DNA of 61,731 bases from Folioceros fuciformis (lineage: Eukaryota). The DNA lies in the NCBI GenBank assembly GCA_049999805.1, contig JBNGIO010006236.1:1-61731 (forward strand). The letters run 5' to 3'. Below the pieces are notes generated by a model. The model saw only the letters and a program-made list of their open reading frames with translations, was not told the origin of the DNA and searched no databases. Made by a program: the position numbers and the translations under genes. Shown here piece by piece: positions 1 through 12,860 of the stretch (its first letter is position 1; each line of letters opens with the position of its first letter).

Positions 1-1954
1 CCCCTCTTGTGTCTTGCTTGCAACATTATGGCGTGAGCACCGCGTTACGGATCGAGACGGGACTGGATGGCTCCTGCTAGCTGGAAGGCAGCTTGTCGTT
101 CTCCGCCCGGGCCGCCCCGCTTCGCATTCCACTTCCACCCAAACCCTGCTCCCCGCTCCTGCTCCTTTCTGTACGCCGCTACTCTTCTTGCACAAAATGA
201 TTTTGTCCGCCACTCCACCCTCTCATGCAACCCACGAAGTATCGGTGCGGCTGCAGCTGCGGCTGCGGCCGCTCTGCCTCCTCCACTCCAATTTTGAAAT
301 GGGCGACAGGGAACGGGGAAGGGAAACGGCAAGGAAAAGCCAACAGAAGGACACCCCGCCGTGTGCCAGATTTTCCCTCCGCGACATCGATACACATAAA
401 CAAGACGGAAGAAACAAACGTGGAAACGACCTCGTCTACCACATGCCTTCATACGTCTCTCTTACCGAGGCAGATCGTTGTTCCCTGTGTCTAATGCATC
501 CGGACGCCTGTTTGTACAGCAGGGGCTGTTCACGAGGGCATGTTCCAACTGTCAGGGAGACATCCGTTTTACTGAGATTAAAGTAGATAATAAGTCCTAC
601 GGCCTTGACAAAGAACCTTAACCATACACCGGGTTAGTTGTCATGGGTTTTGATTCATTATTACTATTAGATTAAGTAGGATGACTTTAAAGCATAGGTT
701 ACAAGAATTTGGTGAACATCCTCTTCTTTTTTTCAGTTGTAGAACAAGGGATTTGAGAATAAAGTTGAGATCATCTAGGACTAATCAGAAGCAAGCAAGC
801 TCTTTGCTACACAAGATCTACCGAAGCATGGTGTCTACATCGTACACATATTTGTATGTTATGAATAGATAGATTGGTCTGTCCAATGACATGAACCATT
901 CCGTCTCAATCGGTACCACATGCACATACTAGCACATAAAACGGTCAACAAGACCATATGCTTTGGAATCAAAAGAAAAGTTGGTACCATTCGCACACAC
1001 GTACAGATGTCCACACGTGCCAACTCATGCAAAGTTACCGACATATCACATCCTAAACTTCATATGTGCAAAAGTACACCACCTATGCTAGAAAACTGCA
1101 GACATCTTTGGCTATAAAAAGAGCTGCACATTTGTGCATCGAAGTCTTAATATGCATCATTTGTACGGCGCAATCATACCATTGGACGTCAAGTCCAAAA
1201 GATCACTTTCGACATAGTCCTATGTATGGTTTGTTGACTCTATCCATATCTATACTAGAAGTCTTGGTCACAAGGATTTCACATCTATGTGAGGTAATGT
1301 ACACAAGTACATGAGTAAATGCATTTGCAGTGGCAGCTGACCAAAGGTTCTACGTTTGTGGATAGTGATAGCATACTAGCCATAAGTAAGAGACATCAAG
1401 ACAAAGGAATGCTCAAACTTGAAATGTATACAAGGAGAGGAGGGACTATGAGACTAGTGATGAGTAAATGCATACAAGGAGGAGGGACAGCCCACTATGG
1501 CAGAATCTTTTAGTGCTCCAATTTGACATGTGCTAGCATTCAAGCCTTTGATTGACCTGGATTGGACTCATAACATGTTTAGTATGCAAGTTCAACAATG
1601 ACATCCTCGTGGTAGGACTTTAGGTGAGTGAGGCCAATCTTCAAACTTGAAGTAGTGAATGCACTTGAGATGTAATGGTGAAAAGCAGCTCACACTTACT
1701 TTTCACTCCCGGTGGAGTACCGCCCTTCGCTTTTGCGCTCTTCAATGAAAGAGCTGGCAGGAGGAATGTGATGTGATGGCTTCTCTGAACACCAATAATG
1801 AACAGTGGTAAAGCAATACGTAGTTGCAGCTCATCCCGTGACTTGCGTCAGGTGGCTAGCTACGTATGTACCTATGTATAGGGAGTCACGTCCAGGCTGC
1901 CCATGTGCCAGCCGGAGTGGGAGGAAGGCGACGAGGGCGACGAGGCGCCTAAAC

Positions 1955-1991
<37 letters not shown>

Positions 1992-2013
1992 CCAGGCTCA
2001 GCCTGAGCCTGAG
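1955..2013. repeat. (CTCAGG)n hexamer microsatellite followed by an inverted (CCTGAG)n tail
   Basis: ctcaggctcagg... ~7 units, then gcctgagcctgag, visible directly. Confidence 0.85.
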
Positions 2014-2841
2014 CATGCGACCGAGCAAGCGGCCTGGAGCCTGGAAACTGGAAAGTGGAAACTGGAGCCTGTCGCCTGTTGGAGACAGCTTCCAGCTTTT
2101 CTACATTATCTTCTGCCACATAGCCTCATTTTGGTGCCGGATTGTTCCAATAACCAACGAAGAGGAAAAGTGGGCAGTGGGATTAAGTTAAACCGGCCAC
2201 TGCCTACCACCGCAGATCGGCTGATCCATGATCCTGATCTCAGCTGATCCCCAGCCTGATCCAGATCCATCAATCTATGTATGTATGGATGCCGCCGAGC
2301 CCAATCGTCGGCCCGGCCGTACGCCGCGGAGCCGACCGCGGTCCGGAATGAGGATTCGATGCGCCCGCGCCCTCTTGTGTTGTTTCAGCCATTAATGAAA
2401 GGGAAGCCACGACATTTAAATCCTGGGTGCAGACGGAGGATGGGGGAAGGAGAAAGGAGGAGGCCCGGAGAGGGACCCGCGCGGCCCCGGCCCCGGCCCG
2501 CCACCAGCCACCCTCCTTTGCTGTCGTCGCTGTGGACCGGTGGTCAATGGCCGGCTACAGTCCAGTCCGGCCCGGCCCCGGCCTGCTCTCCGGTCCTGTC
2601 CCGCCCACGTTTTGTATGTATAAATTTTTCGTTACGTGTAGCTATAGATAATGCACTTGGCAGAGCGCGCTCAGCACAGACGCAACTTGAAGCGTGACAA
2701 GGAAAACAAGGCGGTGGCAACATGTTGGGCGTTCCGTCCTGGACCGGACTCTGCTCTGCTGCTGTCGCTGCCTCTGCCCCTGCCTCTGCCGCCATGAACC
2801 ATGGACCATGGACTATCGACCGTCGGCGACAGCTAAGCACG

Positions 2842-2941
2842 NNNNNNNNNNNNNNNNNNNNNNNNNNNNNNNNNNNNNNNNNNNNNNNNNNNNNNNNNNN
2901 NNNNNNNNNNNNNNNNNNNNNNNNNNNNNNNNNNNNNNNNN
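2842..2941. other. assembly gap (100 N)
   Basis: run of N. Confidence 1.
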
Positions 2942-3927
2942 AATGCTGTGCTGCGCTTCTGCAGTGTGCAGTCTGCACACATCGGATGCGAGGTGGGCCG
3001 TGTGGGGCCGAACTGCTGTGCGCCGAGGGACGAGGCAGGAAGTCGGGACCCAGCCACACGACAGGCGCCAGGAGCCAGAGCGTGCACTGCCTCGGACAGG
3101 GATCATTACCTTTCGTCACAAACACAGGCCGCGCCAGGCCAGCTGCCACCACACCTACAATGCCAACGGCAGCGGCAGAGGCAGCTGCCATCAGTGGCCA
3201 GTCCAATGCTACCCAGAGATACAGTATGTTTGTCGTTCAGGGGCCAGCCAGAGATGAATCTCACCACACCCCAATGTCACGCCCCTTCCCGTTCCGTCCA
3301 CCTCTGCCCCAGGCGCCAAGGAACACCATAGATCTATCTCACTTCACTTCGCTTCACTGCGCTGCTCAGCTCCCTGCACTCTCTTCCTCATGAGCGACAG
3401 ACGCCGCAGAGAGCGGTCAGTGCCAGGAAGCCAAGAAGCCAGCAAGGCAGGGCCCAGCTCCCGGGCCCGGCCACCAGCTGGCGCGTTGAAGCAGCTCCAT
3501 GTGATCCCCAAACGGAACGGCCGCGTCAGCCCGGACTTGGAACTTGTGTAAGACGGCGTCCCGGGGCCCGGCCCCCCCAATGGACTTGCCAAGATGTCTT
3601 GGCACATGCACCAACAGCCTGTTTCTCTCAAACTCCGATCACAACCAGCAGGACCCATTCCATGTCACTTCCGCCCTAAACCTCCTCCACAAGGAAGCAA
3701 GCCAAGAGACCAGCGACCAGCAACCAGCGACAAGCGACCCCGCGCCCACATCGCCCTTGCCGAATTGTATGTAGACGAGATGAGAAAAACAGATTGGGAA
3801 ACCACGTCATGACAGCCAGCAATCATAGCCTGCACGCAAGCTATGGACCATCTAGCTCTGCTTGCCTGTCCGCCTACCATGCCTACAGGTGCGTGCACCA
3901 GGACCACCCACACAGCATGCTTTCAAC

Positions 3928-6900
3928 TTAGTGCTGCAAATTGGGCTTGCGCATGTGGAAAAAATGCGCAGCCATCTCCGTTAACCACGAGGCCTCGATG
4001 CTGCTCACTTCCCGCATGTAGTACCGTTCCGTCACCATGACCGAGTGGAACACCACCCACTTGGGCATAACCCTGCACGGGACGGGACCAGACACAGTCA
4101 ATCCTTGATTCCTTCCGTTCTGCCGGGATTGCTTGCAGCTGGCCTGTTGGCTGACACACACCAGCGAGTACCACGCCCACCTGAATAGGACCGAGGACGG
4201 ATGGATGAACAGCTCCTGCCCACCTCTTACGCTCTTGTAGCACTCTCCTGAGCCCCAAGACTGCCACCACCACTTGCTTCCCGTGAAACCGTTGGCCAAG
4301 ATACACACCAAAATCAGGCAATTCCTGTCAGCAGCAGGCCCGTGAGCTCACCTCCAGACGGCAAGCGTTTGCAAAATATCCTGCAGTTACCGCCTTCCTC
4401 ACTACCTGCACGTACACAAGCACTTCCCGTCATTCCCATGCATTGCCTTCTTCAAGTGGCCAGGGACTGAAAACGGCACAAAGTAGGCAGCCTTAGGCAC
4501 CTGTGTATCCCTCCCGCAAGACTTGAGAGCCATGCCCAGCCCACGCAACAGCTTCGACAACTGTTCTCGCACATCAGCCACCTTCTTCTGTAAATGGTTC
4601 AAAAGCATCATATGTGAGCCTACCGCAACACACACCGCCAGACCGGAGGGATCCACTAACTCACCATGGCCTGGTGGTTGATGCAGTTCTTGTGACACCA
4701 CTGTGGTGACTTGTTGGAGTTGAGGTACCCTTGGTATACATTCAGAAACGTGATGTGGTCACCCTGCCACCGATACTCCGCGTTAACACCTTCCATAGAT
4801 ACCTTTTCAACAATGCCCAAACCTGCTTCCTCAAAATGGGAACCCAGGGAGTATAACCTCGGCTACGGAAAACCGGTCACGTGCTTCATCCACCTCCTTC
4901 TGCCGCCCCTTGCTAGACACCCATATGGACTGCAGATTGCAACCAGGCATACATCAACAATTCAAGCTTCTTCCCGCATTGTCAAGTCAAACGTTTGGCA
5001 TCTCGAAAACCTGGACGTTAAGTGTAGCTGCGATTGTGAGGGCTTCTTCTGAACAGCCTAAAGTGTCGGAGGCTAGCAATACTTTTGCAAGCATGGGATC
5101 CTGGACATGAGGATCAAGTACACTCATCAGTCCAGCCACTCTTGCCATGGAAACTCAGTAAGCTAACGAGGAAGCACATCAGAGCATCCATAAAATTCAA
5201 ATCGAAGAGCACTTGGAAAGGGAACTGACAATGGGAAACTCTGCAACTCGGAATCCAACTGGAGACGTGAGTTTTGCATGATCATCCAGAACTCCTATTG
5301 CAAATAGGAGCTCCAAGGCCCTCACCATAGCTTCTGGTGGTGGTGCTGAAGGCCAATCAAATCGCATGATGTTGTCAATGCCCATCGCTTTCAGCTGCAA
5401 GAAATTCCCCCAGGAACCAGTTCAGTGTACAAAACGAAGGAATTAGTAACACATTTGGAAACTGGCTGCTCCCCACCTGAAGGACAGGGCTGATCAGATT
5501 CGACCGCTGCATCTCAGGAACAGCTTCAGCCAGCATGGCATTCGAAAAGTACTCCTCGGTATAAAGCCTGTAGAAAAAGGAGACTAATATATCAAAGCGG
5601 CGGAGGGCATGCTCCTGTTGTGATGACTTAAACCCTACTAAATTAAGGAAATGGCCATCAGTGACGTGCCTGTAACATTTGCCAGGCCGAACTCTTCCTG
5701 CTCTGCCTGCTCTTTGTTGCGCAGAAGCTCTTGATATAGGAGCAATGACCAGTGCCTCCACATCACTCTCCTGGCAAAACCAACAGATTCATCAACCACT
5801 CCTGAGAGACATCACCCAATCCCAAAGGAACAGGACAACAGGGAAAAATACAACTGTTTTCCCGCAAATGCAAGTGAAAACCGCCATACAGGATTGTAGA
5901 AGCGCTGCTTTGAGAAACCACTGTCAACCACATACACAATTCCCTGCATACAAACCAACACCCGTGAAAAACAGCAAAAAATAAGGCATGCAAGGCAACA
6001 TGCACAAGATGTAGCTGCTTTCACCTGAAGTGTTACTGATGTCTCAGCAATGTTGGTGGCCACAATAACTTTACGCTTCCCCCTTGGGGTGGGTGAGAAA
6101 ACTAGCTCCTAATGAGAGAGCACGCACACATAACACAGGTCAGCTCAAAGTAAGAGAGTCAAATAAACCTCTGCCCAAGAAACTAAATGTCCCCTTCATC
6201 GATTACTTGATACTAGCAACGGCGTTTACAACAAGCAAAGATGCTTTGAACATGAAGTGAACCCGGCTGTAGGCACATACGCACCTGATCTGCACGGGGT
6301 AACCCAGCATAAAGTGGAACAGCAATTAAACCTGCATGTTGTCAAACATGGACTACGTCAACCCAACAGAAACTCCAGCACAAGCAGACGTATCTTTCAG
6401 AGGGCTTCCTCCACGATCAATCATTAGACAGAAACCCATAAGCGCCCCATACCAAGAGAAGCTCCACGAAGGCCTCTTGATTCATCAAAGACAGCCTGCA
6501 CTGCTGCGTCAACTTCGTCTTGCCCAGTTAAAAACACTAGAATGTCTCCTGGTGGTTCCTGGATCACCATATAAGTTTGATTTTGGGATGACTAGAAACT
6601 TTGATGGCAAAAGAGAAGGGAACCAACCACTGTAGTAGGACTTACCAGCTGATGTATCTGTACACAAGTGGATACAGCTGCTCTTGTGTAATCTTCCACT
6701 GGCTCCTCTAGATAATGAACACGTACAGGAAACGACCTTCCCTGCAAGAACACAATCAGCCAGTTCTCAAACAACTTTGCATTGCGACCTTCTAAAGTTC
6801 ATAGCGAGCACCAGCAAGTCCAGACTTTTCTCCTCTACCTCCACGGAGATTATTGCAGGCTTCCGTTTTGGCGCATTATCCTCCACAGACCGCTGCAACC

Positions 6901-8417
6901 TTTCTGTACTGCACCCAAAGCAGAACAGATAACACAGATGAACCCCGGAGCTTTCTTGATCAAACGAGAGAAAAACAACAAGATAACTTCACCTGGCGTA
7001 CTCAGAAAGCTCAGCCTACATAGCAATGCATAGCGTTGAGGACAATTCAGATTCACCTCGTATCGAAAAATGCTGCCATAGAGCTTGCCTCCATTGTTGC
7101 AGATGCAATTATAAGTCGCAGCTCTGGTCGGCGACGCTGGATCTGTACTGATGCACCACTTACATTTCTCGAATTAATCTTACTTGACAAACTAATTAGT
7201 GAAACAGAGATACGTGCATGCTGCTTTTCCTCAAGAAAATGACCTTCTTTAACAGTCCAAGAAGCATGTCTGTTGCCACACTGCGCTCGTGGGCCTCGTC
7301 CACCATGATTACGCTGAACAATTAGAATCTAGAAGTCAGCACTTGTACGAAGCTCTTTGTCATCAGAGCTGGTGTCAGGCACGAGAACAGGGAATCACAT
7401 ATACCTGTACCTACTGAGCAAAGGATCCTGCATCATCTCTCTCAGCAGCACGCCATCTGTCATGTATTTTATTTTGGTGATACCCTTCACAAAGGAAACA
7501 ATCCACGTGCTTGGTCACCTTGGACGGCATAAGAATCACGGGGTACTAAAGCCCTCCTTCTTGCTAGCATGCTGGACATACACACCATCGTTGTGACATC
7601 CTCAAAGCGGACGGCATAGCCAACTTCTGATCCCAAGGGAACTTGCCTCTCTTCAGCCACCCTCGCTGCCACCATCTGTACAGATCCAGAACATGCAAAA
7701 CACTCAGCTAGCCCCGAAGACACCAATTTCGTTCAAACTGAAACGCAACAAACACCCCACACACCCAACCCAGGATCCTAGTCAGTATCAAAGCTGACAC
7801 GAAGCTTGACCAACCTGAGCGGCAATACGCCTTGGCTGTGTACAGGCAATAAGCCGACCTCCTTCTGCCCATCCTGCCTCTGCGAGATACTGCTCTGTAT
7901 AAACCACAATTTAAATGGCATTAACGATGTGATGCACGGGCAACTTGGCGGACACTGGCAGCAAAGGACAGAGCCCAGGTAATGAACCCCAAAATGCCCC
8001 CATGCTGAAATGCCTTCATTTACAAGATGCACGGCATTCCACGGTGGCAGAATTCCACAAGTACTCCACCTGTGGTATTTGTGTGGTCTTGCCACTGCCA
8101 GTCTCTCCAATAACAAGGGTAGTGCCCGTGGTCTCAACCAAGTACAGAATAGCCTCCCGGTGCTTGAAAACAGGAAGCCGCTGTCTCTCCTTGTCCAAGT
8201 TAACGTGGCCAGAGCTGCACGGTGCGCGTTCACAACTCAAGCACTCAGTACTTGAGCAATCAACGGGAAAATTCCTCGCCACGATCGGTTCAATCACAAG
8301 AAAAGAGCAAAGAACCTACCCCCCGAGTGAGCCAAACGGTAATGGCACGTCTTCTTCACCATACTCAGCTACAGCAACTTCAGGCCTTGCAGTTCCTGGT
8401 TTCCAGAACTGAGCCAT
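3928..8417 (-). CDS. DHX35: DEAH-box ATP-dependent RNA helicase, DHX35/DEAH9-like (multi-exon, ~20 exons)
   Basis: Spliced translation begins MAQFWKPG. It contains [65 protein letters not shown] and a C-terminal HPSSVLF..PKWVVFH OB-fold. GT-AG introns plus one GC-AG. Confidence 0.93.
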
Positions 8418-8696
8418 GCGACGTTACCAGCAAATTCGTATCCAAGCTGTGAAGGGAATAGGGATAAAACAACAACGCCAGTTGTCCAGGCAGTTCGGCG
8501 CTTAGGTCCGTCGGAACTCATAAAATTATCTTCCAGCAGGCCTCATTATATACATACAGTAGGTGGTACTAAGATAACGCACATGAGTAAGTCGAAGGGG
8601 ACCAGTTAAGGCTCGGATAACGGTTGCTCGGACTGCGGCTGCCCTCGACGTTAGCTTGCCAGCACAAACGCAAGAGAAGGAGGAGTCGCGGTGAGA

Positions 8697-9686
8697 ATGG
8701 CGATGGCGGCAGCCGCTCCCGCGCTGCTCGTTTGGCGAAACGGGGACGCCAGCTGCAGCAACAGCGGCAGCAGCATTAATGGCAGCGAGCTGAGCTCCAC
8801 GTTCCTGCGGAGAAAGGATGGACAAACGGCGCTCTCCTCCTGCGCCGCGCTGCGCACGCAAACGGCGCAGCTGGCGGCCTCATCCTGCGCGCTGGTGGCA
8901 CCCGGCAGGCAGACATTGCGCGTCGTGGCCATGGCCCCGCCCAAGCCGTCCGGGAAGCCTAAGAAGGGTGCGAGTTTCCGCAATACTCATGAGGCTGCTG
9001 CCGGTTAGGTGTCCACCTCCCATGCTCACTGTCGGTCCATGGAATTTGCAGTCGTTGCCATCGTGAAGCTGGCATTGGAAGCCGGAAAAGCCACCCCCGC
9101 GCCACCTGTCGGTCCAGCCCTGGGGTCCAAAGGTGTCAACATCATGGCATTTTGCAAGGAATACAATGCCAAGACTGCCGACAAGCCTGGCTATGTCATT
9201 CCCGTGGAGATCACGGTCTTTGACGTAAGTGTGCACGTTGAATCTGTGGTTGTGTCAGCTGGAAGCCAGACTTTCTCAAATGGATGCTGTCGCCCTGGCA
9301 GGATAAGAGTTTCACGTTTGTGCTGAAGACACCTCCCGCTTCAATTCTTCTGCTCAAGGCTGCAGGTTGGGTTTGCAATCCTTCTCACGCACTGGAGCGT
9401 AGTGTCGCACGTGAGGATTCCTACTTCACTTGCCGGGGGTTCGTGTTATGTTGACTAGTTTGATAACTTCTGTGCAGGAGCTGAAAAAGGATCCAATAGT
9501 CCGCAAAAGGTCAAGGTAGGAAAGGTCACGATAGAGCAGGTAAGAACCATAGCTCAGGAGAAGCTCCCGGACTTGAACTGTTCATCGATAGAATCTGCTA
9601 TGAGAATCATCGCTGGAACAGCAGCAAATATGGGCATCGATGTAGTGCCTCCTCTACTAGAAAAGAAGAAGAAAGTCATTTTGTAG
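8697..9686 (+). CDS. RPL11: plastid 50S ribosomal protein L11 with transit peptide (4 exons)
   Basis: Ser/Ala-rich N-terminus, then MAPPKP..|[36 protein letters not shown]..|[14 protein letters not shown]|..[22 protein letters not shown]; stop TAG at 9684-9686. Confidence 0.96.
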
Positions 9687-10813
9687 GCTTCGATTTGAGC
9701 TAACGATTCTAGTCTCCATCTCCTGTATCTACACAGTGCCTGCTTCGTTTTCTCATCGGACATGCGATCTCTATTTCACATCGTTACATCCAAGCAAGAG
9801 TTTAAGCTCGGGAGATCAGGTTTGGTACGAAAGTGACCGGAGCTATGTCTCTCTTTTGAATCTTCTTTCGTCCCGGCTGAAATCTAACTCAGACTCGGAT
9901 GAATTGAAGCGCCGGTTGGAGTGACGAACAGTGTGCCGAGTTGTGAAACCCTCAAAAGTGTTGTACGCGCGCTTAGTCTGGAAGTCGTTCCGCAAGAGGG
10001 GAACCCTAACCTTGACTTGCTTCAGCTCAGTCTCGTCCAGAATAGGGTTTCCTGGGAGGTACAGCTACTCACCCACAACTCAGTCGCTAACCTGAACGGG
10101 CTGATACCTGTTCATCCTCACGAGGAGGTTGTGACACGGTTGTCCTGTCAATGGCATGCGAGCCGGACTTCCGAACGTAGCAATGGACTAATCAAAAGAC
10201 CGCATCAAAATTTGCCTCAACAACAGTGTCTCGCGGTGAACAGTATCTCACGGTTGATCACAGGCTTAAAAGACTAGTGACTTGAGAGGTCAAGCCACAC
10301 TCCAATGAACTCCGGGCAGGGCCAGTGAAATTTGGTGAAGACCTGAACAACCCCACAGTGGAGGGAGTAAGCAACCGGGGACATCAGAACTGCCTTTCAG
10401 ATCCCTTTCCTGCCTGGCTTGAGAAGAACTGGCCTAAATTTCGGTGACCACGACAACCACTCTTGCCAACATGCACAACGCGTTAACTGTTTGGGAGCCC
10501 TGAAGATGGCATCCATTCAAGCTGAGATACAGTTTGTTACTCTCTAAGCACCTCCGACAGAGTGCTATCCATGTCTGGTCAAGGGAAAACGAGACACTCG
10601 CCCATAGATTGCAGGAGTCGAACTTCGCTTGCTCTTGACCAGTCAGGGAGAACGGTGTTTCCTTACTGACTTGACTGCTCTCAACGTTCGGGTCCTTGGG
10701 TCTTCTTGCTAGTGAAAAGGCTGCGAGTGCTGCGACAGGCGCCAATTGTAATAAAAAGCTCGTTCCCAAGAAACCTGCACTCAATCAACTGCTTCGAAAT
10801 CTCAAGACAATAG

Positions 10814-10908
10814 ATTCTCGGAAGTGGAGCAGGCAAGGAGAAGCTATGTGATGGAAAAGATGATCCACATCATATAGCGTTCTTCTTGCCTGCTCACCTC
10901 ACGAGAAT
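10814..10908. ncRNA. candidate miRNA precursor hairpin (~40-bp stem)
   Basis: attctcggaagtggagcaggcaaggagaagctatgtgatg pairs with catcatatagcgttcttcttgcctgctcacctcacgagaat, with 3 single-nt bulges, 1 mismatch and 2 G:U pairs on the + strand; no recognised family. Confidence 0.55.
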
Positions 10909-11054
10909 TGATAGCACCGCGGGGTGAAGCAGGAGGCCGAACGTGCCCGAAAGAAGAGACAGCATTACGAGAAAAACTCAGAAACCCTAAAACGCTCACT
11001 CAAGTCCGTCGCCACGAACATTCCGTAAATGCTAGCTGCCTTGATGAGTTGCAC

Positions 11055-11132
11055 ATCTGAGGCTGAGAACAAAGTTTTTCATCAGAACATATCTGAGGCT
11101 GAGAACAAAGTTTTTCATCAGAACATATCTGA
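11055..11132. repeat. 36-bp exact tandem duplication
   Basis: atctgaggctgagaacaaagtttttcatcagaacat x2 plus partial third copy. Confidence 0.9.
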
Positions 11133-11649
11133 AACTCAAAACTGTAGATTAAGCATATACAGGACATATGCAATTGCTTAGCAGCTCTATGAAGAGAGAT
11201 AGCTCAACAAAGAGCATGTATGAATTGCAGTTACAACAAACCTATTTGCGTTGTTGGTTTGTTGGTGAATATAAGTAACCTAAATTATATTCATATTGTT
11301 GGGTTGTTGTTGAATGTAAGAGTTGCTTTCCATGTCTACTCAAATCGGTTTGGATAAATAAGTTTTAGAGCACTTTCCATATTCACATAACACTCACTTT
11401 GTACGTGGCCAAAAGTGCCGGATTTTAAAGGCATTCACTAAGATGAAACACTGCTCTTGATGGTGCACGTCACAACTAGTTCTTTGCTATTAACACAATC
11501 ATGGTTGATCGTCAAGAGCACCCGATTCTCACTCTCGTGATGACCATTGTGGTCACAATCCCAAGGGCATATTACACACTTTTGCAGCTACATTCACAAG
11601 TGAGCTTATTGCCTAAGAAATGTCTAAATTTGTGTTCTTCTTCCTCTAT

Positions 11650-12860
11650 GCAAGTGGCAGACGAGGAAGACACCCTCCTCACCACAATGTGGCTGCTCAT
11701 ATGCACAGTAGCTCGATTGCACCAGAAGCCTGAGAGAAAGGTGCGTTACATCAAGTCATGGTCACTTCATTGGTGGGCGAAGTTCATGACAATTGTTCCA
11801 AGTGGAGATCCTGACCATTGGAGAGAGATGATCAAAGTCTCCCCAACCGCATTCAATTTCTTCAATACTGTTGTTGCTCTTGACTTGACCAAATGTCCTC
11901 CTCCATGTCTCATTACCTTGCCAAACTTGCCAAACTGTAAGTTGCAAAACAGGTAGCTATGGTTCTCAAAGATTGGGCATTGGAGATTCTTCGAAAGTAG
12001 CTGCTGAATTGTTTAATATAGCCAAGTCAACCTTATCTAAGGTGGTGTGGAGGTTTGTGCAGTCACTCACCTCTCATGCATCCCACCATGTGAACCGGCC
12101 AACAAGACATGAGGTAAGTGACGTGGAGATGGGTTTTCAAATCATCATGGATCACGAAATTGCAAAGGGGTTATTGATGTTACCCACATTGAGCTAGAAT
12201 TGCCTCCAAGTGTGACCTCAATAACCTACTTTGACCATATGAAGAATTACAACATCACTCTTCAAGGTACTATGGACATGAGCATACGCTTCATTGATGT
12301 CTATGCTAGCTAGCCAAGAATTGTAAACAATTCTAGAGTTCTTCGTAATTCCAACCTATGCTGACTAGTAGAAGACTTGATGTCTATGCTAGCTAGCCAA
12401 GAAGTGTAAACAATTCTAGAGTTCTTAGTAATTCCAACCTATGCTAACTAGTAGAAGACTTGATGTCTATGCTAGCTAGCCAAGAAGTGTAAACAATTCC
12501 AGAGTTCTTAGTAATTTCAACCTATGTTGACTGACTAGTAGAAGACAGGAAGCAACTCCATGGATCTATATGCTTGTAGGACCTCGTAGAATCCAAGAGT
12601 GTATAATTGGTGATGTTGGTTTCCCATTACTACTTTGCTTTACTATTCCCTTTCTTCGCAGAAACTTGAGCATGTTCAAGAAGTCCTTCAACTACAAACA
12701 CAACTCAAGTAGGATTCTTATGGAAAGGGAATTTGGGCATATGAAAGGTACATGTCATATCTTGAACAAATGTAAGTTGGTAAGCTGGAATTTTACTGTT
12801 GTATATTATATAATATCAATATTGATATGCAAGATAATGCTGATTGTGCCCTAGACATAA
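11650..12860 (+). mobile_element. degenerate PIF/Harbinger transposase (DDE_Tnp_4, HARBI1/ALP1-like) remnant
   Basis: Frameshifted fragments WREMIKVSPTAF, LGIGDSSKVAAELFNIAKST, NCKGVIDVTHIEL, YNITLQG..D..RFIDV, IIGDVGFPLL, FNYKHNSSRILMEREFGHMKG; stops and frameshifts; AT-rich flanks. Confidence 0.85.
12294..12546. repeat. 83-bp tandem triplication inside the Harbinger remnant
   Basis: units start at 12294, 12377 and 12460 (ttgatgtctatgctagctagccaagaa...tagtagaagac). Confidence 0.9.

Noticed and set aside
600-1700. AT-rich segment as a transposon remnant
   Set aside because: Plausible, but no transposase motif or termini could be recognised
3744-3753. GCCCACATCG resembling the snRNA/Pol III USE element
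   Set aside because: No properly spaced TATA and no recognisable snRNA or telomerase RNA downstream
14-3900. Many overlapping ORFs, including the poly-QA ORF 1903-2247
   Set aside because: GC-rich, low-complexity frames with no recognisable domain; the QA run is only the hexamer microsatellite, and several ORFs merely bridge the N gap
9803-9823. Possible miR390 site / TAS3 locus on the - strand (..ctcccgagctt)
   Set aside because: Only the last ~11 nt resemble the target; no second site and no tasiARF sequence
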